Shown here: piece by piece, positions 17,980 to 26,295 of the stretch | Layout of the letters: each line of letters opens with the position of its first letter | How positions within the stretch are numbered: position 1 is the first letter of the stretch | Source: Planctomycetota bacterium | Lineage (GTDB): Bacteria; Planctomycetota; GCA-002687715; DRQF01 | Assembly (NCBI GenBank): GCA_047639315.1 | Contig: JBLINQ010000003.1 | Location: forward strand, 10,452 to 74,451 | Length of the DNA: 64,000 nucleotides | Direction: 5' to 3' | Translations under genes and position numbers: made by a program | Notes under the pieces: model-generated | Seen by the model: only the letters and a program-made list of their open reading frames with translations | The model's database searches: none | Told to the model about the DNA's origin: nothing

Positions 17980-18314
17980 AGCCACAAGACATGCCCCTCG
18001 AGGTCTGGGAAGCACTGTGTCGCAAATGCGGCAAATGCTGCACCGAGAAGATCGATATCGACGATCAAATCTACATGTCGAAGAAGTATTGTCGCTTCCT
18101 CGATAAGAAAACCATGCAATGTTCGGTCTATGAAGTCAGGCATGTCGCCGAGCCCGGTTGCATGTCGGTTCCAGATGGGGTCAAGGCCGGAATCTTCCCC
18201 GGTGACTGCCCCTATATTCAGACCGTCGAAGGCTACGTTCCAGCCATTGAGAAGTGGGACGATCCAGCCATCGATGAAGCCATCCGTGAGATCTTGGGTC
18301 CTGACGCGCTCTAG
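17976..18314 (+). CDS. YkgJ-family (UPF0153) zinc/iron-chelating cysteine-cluster protein
   Basis: The CRKCGKCC cluster plus downstream Cys residues (CRF, CSVY, GDCPY) are present. There is a 4-nt overlap with the anti-sigma gene. Confidence 0.65.
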   Translation: MKPQDMPLEVWEALCRKCGKCCTEKIDIDDQIYMSKKYCRFLDKKTMQCSVYEVRHVAEPGCMSVPDGVKAGIFPGDCPYIQTVEGYVPAIEKWDDPAIDEAIREILGPDAL

Positions 18315-18335
18315 CCTGAAGGTCCCTCTTCAGGC
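18314..18335. terminator. hairpin between convergent genes (no U-tract)
   Basis: An 8-bp stem GCCTGAAG / CTTCAGGC with a 6-nt loop sits between the stops at 18314 and 18344. No T-run is present on either side. Confidence 0.3.
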
Positions 18336-18343
18336 CAACAAAC

Positions 18344-21316
18344 TCAATTCAACCTGAGCACTTGTTCTGCCTGAGACTCGGCAGTCAACAGGAGGCGTCC
18401 AGTACGACCGTCGCCGCCTTCAACTTCAAGTGTGTGGTTTCCTTGGCCCATCGTGAAGGTCAAATAGAGCGTATTCGTTCGATACTTCTTGCGCGTACCC
18501 TCGGCGATGACTACTCCCCCAGCATCCGACAATTTGTAGGAATAGGAAGTCATCGAACCATCTTTAAGATCTTTGGCGAAGCTGAATTTCATCGCCCGCC
18601 CCTGAGAGACAGGCAAGGTCACTTCGACAGTTTGCCCAGGCGTCAAAGTGACATCCTTGGTTCGCGTTACCAGTTCTTGGCCGCCCAACTTCAAGCGGTA
18701 ATGCCCAGGTGCCAGGGGCTGGGAGAGTGATGTTGGGCCAATGGCCTGGATGTTGATTGAAGATCCATCGTCTAAGCTTCGCGCATAAATAGTCGTCTTA
18801 TCCCCAGCGCCGAGGCCCGGTGTATTAATCTTAACGCGCCCGGGATCTATGAAGGCAAGGTCGCCGACGTCAAGTGTCTGCCCGTTCAGGACGACCTTTT
18901 CTTCAGATTTTTGGCTGCCATAGAGGGGTGCGCGCATGAGGAAACGATAACGGCCCGGCGAAATATCCTTGAACTCGAAACGGCCCTCGCCATCGGCGGT
19001 CTTGATGCCTGTGCCGCCGCCCGAGACAAAGGGCTGACGCATGGCTGAGATTGTTGCGCCGCTGACTGCGCGACCATCCTTGCCGACGATGCGACCGATG
19101 ATGGTTGCTACTCCGATGGCGTCATTTGGGATAACCACGCGAATGATATCTGGGCCTGATGCCACGCCAGGGATGCTGCGAAGAGTGATGCTGTTCTTAG
19201 GTGAGCTAACGGACAGTGTGTAGCCAGAAAGGCCGGCTTCTAATCCTGTAACCTTAAACCGGCCGTTCTTATCTGATTTATCAAAACCACCGATATAGCG
19301 CTCGGAGGTGAAGGCCATCACGGAGACGCTCATCCCTTCCACCGGATTGTCGCCCTCATCGAGAACAATTCCTTGGACCGAGCCTTCCGGTTTCTTCAGC
19401 TGTGTATTCCACACAGACGGTTCGGCTGCCGTCACGACAACCGATCCTTTGGCTTCGCCGCAGTCTTTCTTTTCCGCTGTGAGTGAAGCCTTGCCAAGAA
19501 CAACATTCTCAAATCGAAATTCACCCTTGGCGTTGGTGCGCATGAAGTGACTGGCTAAGTCGCCATAACGGCCCAGGTTGACCTGAACACGCTCCAAGGC
19601 CAGCCCATCAGCACCAGTGACCACACCAACCACGATGCCGCCTTTTTGGAGAATGACGCGGTGGCGTACGGTCTGCCCCTCTTTCACCTGAATCGTCTCT
19701 TTGTGAGCGGCAAAGCCGTAAGAGCGGATCACGAACTCAAGGTCCCCTGGGGCGAGGTTCTCAAGGGCGAGCCTGCCATTCTCGTCAGTCTTGTCGTCGG
19801 TTCGGCTGAATTTCATGCCCTTGTTGCCGTCAGGAAGACTGGATTGATAAAAGTCGAATTTGCCAGCAATGCAGCGCGCACCAGCGACGGGCTCGCCTTC
19901 AAAGTCGACGACTTCCAAAACCGCACGGGCCGCCGGGCCACCTAATATTAAATCGAGCTTCTTCTCGGCCCCAACGGACGGAAAAATCATGACCAACGCC
20001 GAGGGTAGGAAGCCCTTGGCCCGAGCTCCTAATACACCAATGGTGTCGTGCCCAAAGTTCGGCACCACAAAACGCCCATCAGCTCCAGTGACAGTGATCG
20101 GCTCCGTTTGGATTGGATGGCCGAAGTCGCCCGAGACAATCTCAGCCCCAACCACCGGCTTATCTTCTAAGGTCAAAACACGTCCAGTAATGCGCGAACC
20201 CATGGGGACCACCAAAGTGTGCTTGGTGGTCGTGCCTGCCGGTATCTTAAGGCGCGCCCTGCCGCCAACGCGGGTTGTGATGAGCGCGGTGCCAGCGGAA
20301 TAAGCGGGGAGAATCAGAACGCCAGTTTGATCGGTGCGAAAAGTCTCTTTCCGAAAAAACGGGTCGGTCACACTAAAAGGCAGAAAGGAAACAGGAATGT
20401 CGGCAGCTGGCTCGCCTCCCTCGCCGTAAGTCACGGTCAATTCTAAGCGCCCAACTTCCTCGCCGAATTGATTGCGGGGAATGTCGGTAACTTCCTCCTT
20501 AGCCTTAGTTTCTTCTGACGTGGCAACAGGCTTAGCCTTTTCCGCAACAGCCTTTTCATCTTCATCGACGTTCCGACGAGGCACCTTGGCTTCCGCGACT
20601 CCTTGTGATGCCTCCTGGTTAGAATCCAGGTCGAAATCGGCATTTTCGTTCGTGAACTGGTAGATCGTCACAGCCACGACAAGCACAAAACCCGCGGCGA
20701 TCGCCACTTTCACTTTTCCGGACATGACGGCAGCTCCTTTTATGAATTCTGAAATGACAGTCGATGTTGTAGTGGATTTTATGAAGACAGCAGTGGGGAC
20801 GAGAGCGAGGGCCCAGGTGTTGCGAGATCCATACTCAGAGTCGAGTTGTTGACGCAATTGCTCAAGTCCGCGCCGGGTTCGGGTGCGAACGGTCTCTTGC
20901 GGAACGCCCATCACCCGGGCAACGTCATCGTTCGCCAAACCCTCAAAAAAGACCAAGGTGATTGTTTGGCGGTAGGGCGGTTTCAGAGTCGAAACCGCTT
21001 TGACCAATCTCATTCGTACTTCACTGCGTTCGAGGATGTCTTCCGCGGATTCTGTTGCGCGCTGCGTGGCTGACCGCGATTCGATGTCCCGTCGTCGCGT
21101 TTCATCGCGCCGCTTTCTCATGCCGCGAAACCGCAAGGCATGGGATAACCACCCCAGCAAAGACGGGGTCTCAGAGGCTGCACCTTTGGTAGCAGACATC
21201 CAGGCATCTTGGCGCGCGTCATCGGCGTCATCTTGGGAACAGACTAAGTTCCTCGATAAACGCTCTAATTCGCCGTCGATCCGCAATAGTTCTTGGTGAT
21301 CAATGTCCTTGGGCAT
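18344..21316 (-). CDS. ECF sigma factor domain fused to a TM helix and a ~765-aa extracytoplasmic CarboxypepD_reg-like repeat region
   Basis: The N-terminus carries sigma region 2-like (DDADDARQDAWMSA, WLSHALRFRGMRKRRD) and region 4 (YRQTITLVFFEGLANDDVARVMGVPQETVRTRTRRGLEQL) sequences. A TM helix (VAIAAGFVLVVAVTIYQF) follows. After it come at least 5 repeats of the G-x-V-x-D-x-x-G-x-P-V-x-G-A type (GRVLTLEDKPVVGAEI, VVDFEGEPVAGARC, GIVLDEGDNPVEGMSV, GRIVGKDGRAVSGATI). Confidence 0.8.
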   Translation of the reverse strand: MPKDIDHQELLRIDGELERLSRNLVCSQDDADDARQDAWMSATKGAASETPSLLGWLSHALRFRGMRKRRDETRRRDIESRSATQRATESAEDILERSEVRMRLVKAVSTLKPPYRQTITLVFFEGLANDDVARVMGVPQETVRTRTRRGLEQLRQQLDSEYGSRNTWALALVPTAVFIKSTTTSTVISEFIKGAAVMSGKVKVAIAAGFVLVVAVTIYQFTNENADFDLDSNQEASQGVAEAKVPRRNVDEDEKAVAEKAKPVATSEETKAKEEVTDIPRNQFGEEVGRLELTVTYGEGGEPAADIPVSFLPFSVTDPFFRKETFRTDQTGVLILPAYSAGTALITTRVGGRARLKIPAGTTTKHTLVVPMGSRITGRVLTLEDKPVVGAEIVSGDFGHPIQTEPITVTGADGRFVVPNFGHDTIGVLGARAKGFLPSALVMIFPSVGAEKKLDLILGGPAARAVLEVVDFEGEPVAGARCIAGKFDFYQSSLPDGNKGMKFSRTDDKTDENGRLALENLAPGDLEFVIRSYGFAAHKETIQVKEGQTVRHRVILQKGGIVVGVVTGADGLALERVQVNLGRYGDLASHFMRTNAKGEFRFENVVLGKASLTAEKKDCGEAKGSVVVTAAEPSVWNTQLKKPEGSVQGIVLDEGDNPVEGMSVSVMAFTSERYIGGFDKSDKNGRFKVTGLEAGLSGYTLSVSSPKNSITLRSIPGVASGPDIIRVVIPNDAIGVATIIGRIVGKDGRAVSGATISAMRQPFVSGGGTGIKTADGEGRFEFKDISPGRYRFLMRAPLYGSQKSEEKVVLNGQTLDVGDLAFIDPGRVKINTPGLGAGDKTTIYARSLDDGSSINIQAIGPTSLSQPLAPGHYRLKLGGQELVTRTKDVTLTPGQTVEVTLPVSQGRAMKFSFAKDLKDGSMTSYSYKLSDAGGVVIAEGTRKKYRTNTLYLTFTMGQGNHTLEVEGGDGRTGRLLLTAESQAEQVLRLN

Positions 21317-21460
21317 TTTCCTACCTTGGCGCTCACTTTTAGTGGAGTCATGAACTGGCTCCTGTCTACTTGGTCCTTGGGATGAAGACTTCGTTCCAAA
21401 ATTCTCGACTAATTCTCAATTTCCACTGATCTACTCTTTCCTTTCCGGGAGATTGTCCCA

Positions 21461-21485
21461 GCATGCCAAGCATGCCAAGCATGCC
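21461..21485. repeat. tandem 9-bp repeat GCATGCCAA, 2.8 copies
   Basis: The sequence reads gcatgccaa gcatgccaa gcatgcc. Each unit contains the palindrome GCATGC. It lies in the divergent intergenic region between 21316 and 21606. Confidence 0.6.
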
Positions 21486-21605
21486 TTTTTCTCTGAGCAT
21501 GGTAAAACTGTGAGCTCAGAGAACTTCGCCGAGAATGGGTCGTTTCTAGCGCAACCCAAGGAAACCGCCCCTCGGCCAATGGATTACATCAAGAGGACGA
21601 AGGTC

Positions 21606-22193
21606 ATGAACGAAAATCTGAAGCGCAATCTGTTTCTCGTCAAAGAACACGTCGGCATGTTCAAAGCGGCAAACAACTATGACATTCATGATCCCGAGAC
21701 CGGTGAAATCATCCTGATGTGCCGGGAAGATAATCTTGGCTTCTTCACCAAAATGCTGCGCTTTACTGATTACAAGCGGATGACGCCCTTTGATGTCGAA
21801 GTGCGGACCCCGGAAGGGGAAACCCTCATTCGAGTTAAGCGCGGGATTTCCCTATTCCTGTCCAACGTTGAAGTTTTCGACGAGAACGATCAGTTGGTCG
21901 GCGGATTCAAGCAGAAGCTTTTCAGTATTGGCGGGGCCTTTTCCGTCCTCGACGAGAACGGCAGCCCAATTTGCGATTTGAAAGGCAAATGGACGGGGTG
22001 GGACTTCCGATTCATGGCAGGAAACAAGGAACTTGCTCATGTCTCGAAGAAATTCGCAGGCATGGCTCGAGAGTTCTTTACCAGTGCCGATAACTACGTT
22101 CTTGAAATCTCGGAAGATGTCCCAGCCGACAATAGTGCGCGCCAACTCATCATGGCGGCAGTCATGTGTATCGACATGGTATTGAAGGAGTAA
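21606..22193 (+). CDS. phospholipid scramblase / LURP-one-related (tubby-like fold) family protein
   Basis: ATG at 21606 has GAGGA/GAAGG upstream. The repeated beta-strand pattern and the C-terminal hydrophobic helix QLIMAAVMCIDMVLKE resemble the scramblase family C-terminus. The tracked ORF start at 21453 runs through the 9-bp repeat. Confidence 0.55.
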   Translation: MNENLKRNLFLVKEHVGMFKAANNYDIHDPETGEIILMCREDNLGFFTKMLRFTDYKRMTPFDVEVRTPEGETLIRVKRGISLFLSNVEVFDENDQLVGGFKQKLFSIGGAFSVLDENGSPICDLKGKWTGWDFRFMAGNKELAHVSKKFAGMAREFFTSADNYVLEISEDVPADNSARQLIMAAVMCIDMVLKE

Positions 22194-22223
22194 GGACGGG
22201 CGGTCACGGCTGGAGCCCTATGT

Positions 22224-22235
22224 GGGGGGGGGGGG
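22224..22235. repeat. G12 homopolymer tract
   Basis: Twelve consecutive G residues lie in the intergenic region between the scramblase-like gene and pcnB. Confidence 0.95.
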
Positions 22236-22353
22236 CGAGATCGCTGGAAACTCGCTAAAACGTGACTTTGTTGCACCGATACCCTTGGGGTTTGGACAGA
22301 CAGCGTTTCCTATGATAACTTCAATTCGTAAAAGAACTTAGTACGGAACAACG

Positions 22354-23814
22354 TTGGATTTGAGCAGTCAGAGAAGCTCGAAGCCGGCTTCGTCAGACGC
22401 GGGACAATCAGAGTCACGCCAAGAACGAACGCAAGGCTCGGGCAAAACAAGAAGTCAGAGTGGTGCGCCCAAGGGCCGCCGCAGGCGCACTAGGGCAGCA
22501 CGTCCGGTGCCGCCGGATGTCGCGGCGAGCGATGCGCTCGAAGACGGTCACGAGCGGAATATCGACCCAAAAGAATTTGGGGCGAAGATCTACAGCGAGC
22601 ACGACCTTGACTTTGAAGCGATCAACGAAGACGCCATTAAGGTCTTGCGCCGCTTGAACCGCCATGGTTTTCAGGCCTACCTCGTTGGCGGTTGTGTCCG
22701 AGACCTTCTGGTCGGCCAACGCCCAAAAGATTTTGACATTGCCACCTCAGCAACGCCGCGTCAGGTCAAAGGCTTGTTCCGCAACTCGCGGTTGATCGGG
22801 CGCCGGTTCCGCTTGGTGCACGTCCATTTCGGCGGTCACATCATCGAGGTGAGTACGTTTCGCAAGGATGCGGCGAAAGAGACAGATCCCGACAACGATG
22901 ATCCTCTTATCCGCAGTGACAATGTGTTCGGCAACGCTGCAGAAGATGCCCAGCGTCGAGACTTCACCATCAATGGCCTCTATTTCGACATCGAAAAGCG
23001 GGAGGTCATCGACTTTGTCGGTGGCATGCTTGATGTCAAACGGAAATGCATCGAGATCATTGGCGATCCAGAAACTCGCCTAAGGGAAGATCCGGTACGC
23101 ATGCTGCGGGCTGCTAAGTTCTCAGGTCGACTAGATTTCGACTTGGCGGCAGATCTATATGACGCGATTACTGAAGTGCGGGAAGATCTCACCAAGAGTG
23201 CTGCGCCCAGACTCTTCGAAGAACTCCTTCGGCTCTTGGGTGGCGGTGGCGCCTTAGGGGCGTTTGAAGTCCTTTATGACACCCAACTTCTCGAGGTCTA
23301 TCTACCAGAGGTATCAGCGTTCCTTGATGCCGACAATAAAGTCGAAGGACTTCAGCATCGAGGCGAACAACGGTTCTGGAATTCTCTTAAGAGCCTCGAC
23401 CGGGTCTGCCGTTCGGGGCGACATGTCGACACTGCCGTGAAACTTGGTGTCGTATTTTGCCACCTGTTTGACCATATCTTGCATCACAATGGGGCGCCTC
23501 CAGAGGACGGGCATCCCTCCCAATACGACATTGGTGTCATGGTAGAGAAGATCTTCGACCCCATCGGATTGCGTATGCAGATCCCCAAGCGAGATCTCTA
23601 CCGACTCAAGCAGGTCATTGTAGCCTTGCGGCGCATGCTCTCGCGCAAAGCTCGGGGCCGCAAGCCGTCTCCCAACCAGTTTGTCCGCAAAGAGTACTTT
23701 CCTGATGCAGTCAAACTCCTTGACATCTACAGTCAGGGATTAGGCGACTTCCAGGGGGAGTGCCATGCGTGGCGGGAACGTTACGAGAAGCTCGCGGGCA
23801 AACCGCTGATTTGA
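22354..23814 (+). CDS. pcnB: poly(A) polymerase I / tRNA nucleotidyltransferase family protein with basic N-terminal extension
   Basis: Family motifs YLVGGCVRDLLVGQRPKDFDIAT, RLVHVHF and RRDFTINGLYFD are present. No in-frame ATG exists before the catalytic domain, so a TTG/GTG start is assumed. Confidence 0.8.
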   Translation: MDLSSQRSSKPASSDAGQSESRQERTQGSGKTRSQSGAPKGRRRRTRAARPVPPDVAASDALEDGHERNIDPKEFGAKIYSEHDLDFEAINEDAIKVLRRLNRHGFQAYLVGGCVRDLLVGQRPKDFDIATSATPRQVKGLFRNSRLIGRRFRLVHVHFGGHIIEVSTFRKDAAKETDPDNDDPLIRSDNVFGNAAEDAQRRDFTINGLYFDIEKREVIDFVGGMLDVKRKCIEIIGDPETRLREDPVRMLRAAKFSGRLDFDLAADLYDAITEVREDLTKSAAPRLFEELLRLLGGGGALGAFEVLYDTQLLEVYLPEVSAFLDADNKVEGLQHRGEQRFWNSLKSLDRVCRSGRHVDTAVKLGVVFCHLFDHILHHNGAPPEDGHPSQYDIGVMVEKIFDPIGLRMQIPKRDLYRLKQVIVALRRMLSRKARGRKPSPNQFVRKEYFPDAVKLLDIYSQGLGDFQGECHAWRERYEKLAGKPLI

Positions 23815-23842
23815 CAGAGGGGGTTCGCAGAACCAAGAGCCC

Positions 23843-23880
23843 AAAAAAAGACCTCAACGCATCGCGTTGAGGTCTTTCTT
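23843..23880. terminator. bidirectional rho-independent terminator
   Basis: The stem AGACCTCAACGC / GCGTTGAGGTCT is flanked by A7 upstream and TTCTT downstream. It lies between the convergent pcnB and icd genes. Confidence 0.75.
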
Positions 23881-23901
23881 CGTGATCTGAGTGTCAGCCA
23901 A

Positions 23902-26127
23902 CTATTTCATGCTGTCAATGATCTCATTGAGAGTTGCGCTCGGGCGCATGGCTGCCGCGGCCAAGTTGCGATCGGGCCAATAGTAGCCGCCGATGTCAAC
24001 GGCATCACCTTGGGCCTTGCTTAGTTCCGTCATGATGCTTGACTCACCATCGGCGAGTCTTTTTGTAATCGACGAGAACTTCTTACGTAGAGTGGCATCT
24101 TTGTCTTGCGCCACCAACGCTTCGGCCCAATAGAGAGCCAAGTAGAAGTGGCTCCCACGATTATCGAGTTCGCCAACGCGCCGAGACGGAGACTTGCCGT
24201 TGAGTAACAGCTGTGTCGTTGCTGTATCGAGGGCGTCGGCCAAGAGTTGGGCCTTAGGAGCACCATGTTGCGTGGCGTAGTGTTCCAGAGAAACGGCGAG
24301 TGCCAAGAATTCTCCGAGAGAGTCCCAGCGAAGATGACCTTCTGCCAGAAATTGTTGAACATGCTTTGGTGCTGAGCCACCGGCTCCGGTTTCGAACAGG
24401 CCACCACCATTCATGAGTGGAACAATCGACAACATCTTGGCGCTCGTGCCGACTTCAAGAATCGGGAAGAGATCGGTGAGGTAATCCCGCAAGACGTTTC
24501 CCGAGACCGATATGGTGTCCAATCCCTTATTAATCCTCTCAAGGGAGAATGTTGTCGCGTCCGCAGGCGAGAGGATTTTGATCTCAAGTCCATCGGTGTT
24601 GTGGTCGTTGAGATAGGTTTCGACTTTGGCAATCAGTTGGGCATCATGGGCACGTTCGGAGTCGAGCCAGAAGATTGCTGGGGTATCTGAAGCTCTCGCA
24701 CGAGTGACCGCAAGCTTGACCCAATCGCGGATCGGTGCATCCTTTGTTTGGCAGGCTCGCCAAATGTCTCCGGCTTCAACGGCATGTTCGTGCAAGATCG
24801 TGCCATCTGCAGCAACCATGCGCACCATTCCGTCCGACGCCATCTCAAAGGTCTTGTCGTGAGAGCCGTATTCTTCGGCCTTCTTTGCCATGAGACCAAC
24901 GTTGGCAACGCTTCCCATCGTTTCCGGATCAAGGGCGCCATTTTCTCTGCAGAAATCGATGACGGCCTGAAACACAGAAGCGTAACTGCTGTCAGGAATC
25001 AGGGCCTTTGTTGACTGTAAATCTCCGGCGGCATTCCACATGCACCCGCCATCGCGAATCATCGGCGGCATCGAGGCATCAATGATGACGTCACTCGGTA
25101 CGTGGAGGTTGGTGATGCCCTTGTTGGAATCGACCATGGCCAAGTCTGGGCCACTCTCTAATGCAGCTGCGATGTCAGCTTCAACTTCTGCCTTCTGGTT
25201 GGCGGGAAGGCTGGCAATGCGATTGACGACGTCGCCAAGGCCGTTGTTGGCATTCACACCGATGTCGTCGAACAGGGCAGCATGTTTGGTGAAGACATCT
25301 TTGAAATATGTTTTGACCGCATGGCCGAACAAAATCGGATCGGACACCTTCATCATGGTGGCCTTTAAATGCAGGGACAAAAGGATTCCCGTCGATCGGG
25401 CATCTTCAATTTGCTCGCTCAAGAAAGCGACCAGGGCCTTCTTGCTCATGACCGTTGCATCAACAACTTCGCCACGAAGCAAGTCTACAGACTCTTTGAG
25501 GACTGTTGTCTGTCCATCTGCAGCAACATGCTCAATCTTGGCCGAAGTGGCGGCCATGAGAGTGACGGATTTCTCGTTCGATCGAAAATCTCCAGCTCGC
25601 ATGGTCGCGACGTGGGTCAAAGAATCGCCCGACCAAGGTTTCATGGGAGGCGGATTCTTCCGAGCGTATTCTTTGACGGCTTTTGGTGCCCGGCGGTCGG
25701 AGTTGCCTTCGCGAAGGACAGGGTTGACGGCGCTACCTTTGACTCGGTCATAGCGCACTTTGACATCGCGATCGACGTTGGTGGTCGGCTCATCTGGATA
25801 GTCAGGAAGGGCAAAGCCCGCTTTCTGCAATTCACCGATAGCGGCCTTCATTTGCGGAATTGAAGCGCTGATGTTCGGCAGCTTGATAATATTCGCGCTG
25901 GGCTTAAGGACCATGGCGCCCAATTCTGCCAAGGTGTCGGTTCCGGCAGCCGAGCCAAGGAAGTCTTGGAATCCTGCGAGTATGCGTGCAGCTAATGAGA
26001 TGTCTCTGGTTTCGATTCCGATTCCGGCAGATCTCAAGAAAGCACGGAAGATAGGTAATAACGACTGAGTTGCCAGTGCCGGCGCTTCGTCGGTGAACGT
26101 GTAGATAATCGGTGCAGGTTGGCTCAT
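23902..26127 (-). CDS. icd: NADP-dependent isocitrate dehydrogenase, monomeric type
   Basis: This is a 741-aa protein. The N-terminus [21 protein letters not shown] and the overall length are characteristic of monomeric IDH. Confidence 0.93.
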   Translation of the reverse strand: MSQPAPIIYTFTDEAPALATQSLLPIFRAFLRSAGIGIETRDISLAARILAGFQDFLGSAAGTDTLAELGAMVLKPSANIIKLPNISASIPQMKAAIGELQKAGFALPDYPDEPTTNVDRDVKVRYDRVKGSAVNPVLREGNSDRRAPKAVKEYARKNPPPMKPWSGDSLTHVATMRAGDFRSNEKSVTLMAATSAKIEHVAADGQTTVLKESVDLLRGEVVDATVMSKKALVAFLSEQIEDARSTGILLSLHLKATMMKVSDPILFGHAVKTYFKDVFTKHAALFDDIGVNANNGLGDVVNRIASLPANQKAEVEADIAAALESGPDLAMVDSNKGITNLHVPSDVIIDASMPPMIRDGGCMWNAAGDLQSTKALIPDSSYASVFQAVIDFCRENGALDPETMGSVANVGLMAKKAEEYGSHDKTFEMASDGMVRMVAADGTILHEHAVEAGDIWRACQTKDAPIRDWVKLAVTRARASDTPAIFWLDSERAHDAQLIAKVETYLNDHNTDGLEIKILSPADATTFSLERINKGLDTISVSGNVLRDYLTDLFPILEVGTSAKMLSIVPLMNGGGLFETGAGGSAPKHVQQFLAEGHLRWDSLGEFLALAVSLEHYATQHGAPKAQLLADALDTATTQLLLNGKSPSRRVGELDNRGSHFYLALYWAEALVAQDKDATLRKKFSSITKRLADGESSIMTELSKAQGDAVDIGGYYWPDRNLAAAAMRPSATLNEIIDSMK

Positions 26128-26295
26128 GGTCTTCTATTCCAAAACTGTGGCTTTCAAGAGGTTTAACAGATGGTGCCATCTTCAAGCAATGGGACTCAGC
26201 TCTCTCGATGGAGGGGCTTTTGTCCGTGACTCATAGACCGTCGTCGGTATGCTACCATCAACATCTTACCTCAGTTCGCAAAGCTATGGATTGGC

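Noticed and set aside
21453-21605. N-terminal extension (MSQHAKHAKHA...) of the scramblase-like ORF
   Set aside because: It is produced by reading through the 9-bp tandem repeat from a TTG. The family-like sequence begins after the ATG at 21606, which has an RBS.
25040-25753. 237-aa and 164-aa ORFs on the + strand inside icd
   Set aside because: They are antisense to a highly recognisable monomeric IDH gene. Their composition is Ser/Arg/Ala-rich, as expected for shadow frames.
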